A stretch of 64,000 nt of DNA, taken from contig CAWELD010000003.1 of NCBI GenBank assembly GCA_963809895.1, positions 1,664,001-1,728,000 on the forward strand. The letters run 5' to 3'. Positions 63,696 through 64,000 of this stretch are shown here, in pieces; position 1 is the first letter of the stretch; every line of letters begins with the position of its first letter. This DNA is from an uncultured Gemmatimonadales bacterium. GTDB lineage: Bacteria; Gemmatimonadota; Gemmatimonadetes; Longimicrobiales; Gaopeijiaceae. The position numbers and the translations under genes were made by a program. The notes beneath the pieces are model-generated. The model was not told the DNA's origin. It saw nothing but the letters and a program-made list of their open reading frames with translations, and searched no databases.

Positions 63696-64000
63696 TCAGC
63701 TCCAGCCGCCGTCCCACGGACGTTGGCCCGACGTCTCGGGCGCTCTCAGTCGCACCCCGGCCCGTTTCGCCGCCACCAGTCGCGGATCGCGGAAGAAGAG
63801 GATGAGGACGACGCCGGCCAGGAATCCCCCCAGATGAGCGGTGAACGCGACGCCACCTCCCACGCCTGGAGCCAGCTGACTCGACACGGCCTGCAGGAGG
63901 AACCAGTAGCCGAGGAAGACGAAGGCCGGAACGTCCACCAGGGTGATGAAGATCACCAGGATCAGGAGCGTGCGGATCCGGGCCCGGGGATAGAGTACCA
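63696..64000 (-). CDS. rhomboid family intramembrane serine protease (C-terminal part, runs off window end)
   Basis: LYPRARI...PAFVFLGYWFLLQ...GGVAFTAHLGGFLAG with catalytic His motif. Confidence 0.88.
   Translation of the reverse strand, partial: VLYPRARIRTLLILVIFITLVDVPAFVFLGYWFLLQAVSSQLAPGVGGGVAFTAHLGGFLAGVVLILFFRDPRLVAAKRAGVRLRAPETSGQRPWDGGWS

Overview
High-GC (roughly 70%) bacterial chromosome segment made up almost entirely of core genes. Gene content and order (TPR-aroQ-efp-accB-accC-comB-ftsK, SusC/SusD pair, GWxTD protein, atp operon with short epsilon) suggest a member of Gemmatimonadota, which is an inference that the 23S rRNA could test. It holds about 58 CDSs: fatty-acid, shikimate, folate and thiamine enzymes, ETF, envelope proteins, a complete F1Fo ATP synthase operon and nucleoside salvage. 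There is also a 23S-5S rRNA unit with its own promoter, boxA and processing stem but no linked 16S or tRNA. No transposase, integrase, prophage, CRISPR array or tRNA was found. The most unusual signals are: (i) the unlinked 23S-5S unit, whose 3' flank has three 81-bp palindromic repeats, a ~230-bp duplication containing the 5S 3' end, and an inverted copy of part of the 5S beyond the terminator; (ii) a NYN + 2x OST-HTH/LOTUS + RecD2-like HhH fusion directly upstream of an alkylpurine DNA glycosylase; (iii) a gamma-carbonic anhydrase fused to a Cys-rich zinc-finger micro-domain; (iv) a Rex-like operator over the atp promoter; (v) a prepilin peptidase with a ~100-aa insertion. All family assignments come from motif recognition by eye, not database searches. 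Many start codons were trimmed from the ORF track using RBS position and gene-overlap logic.
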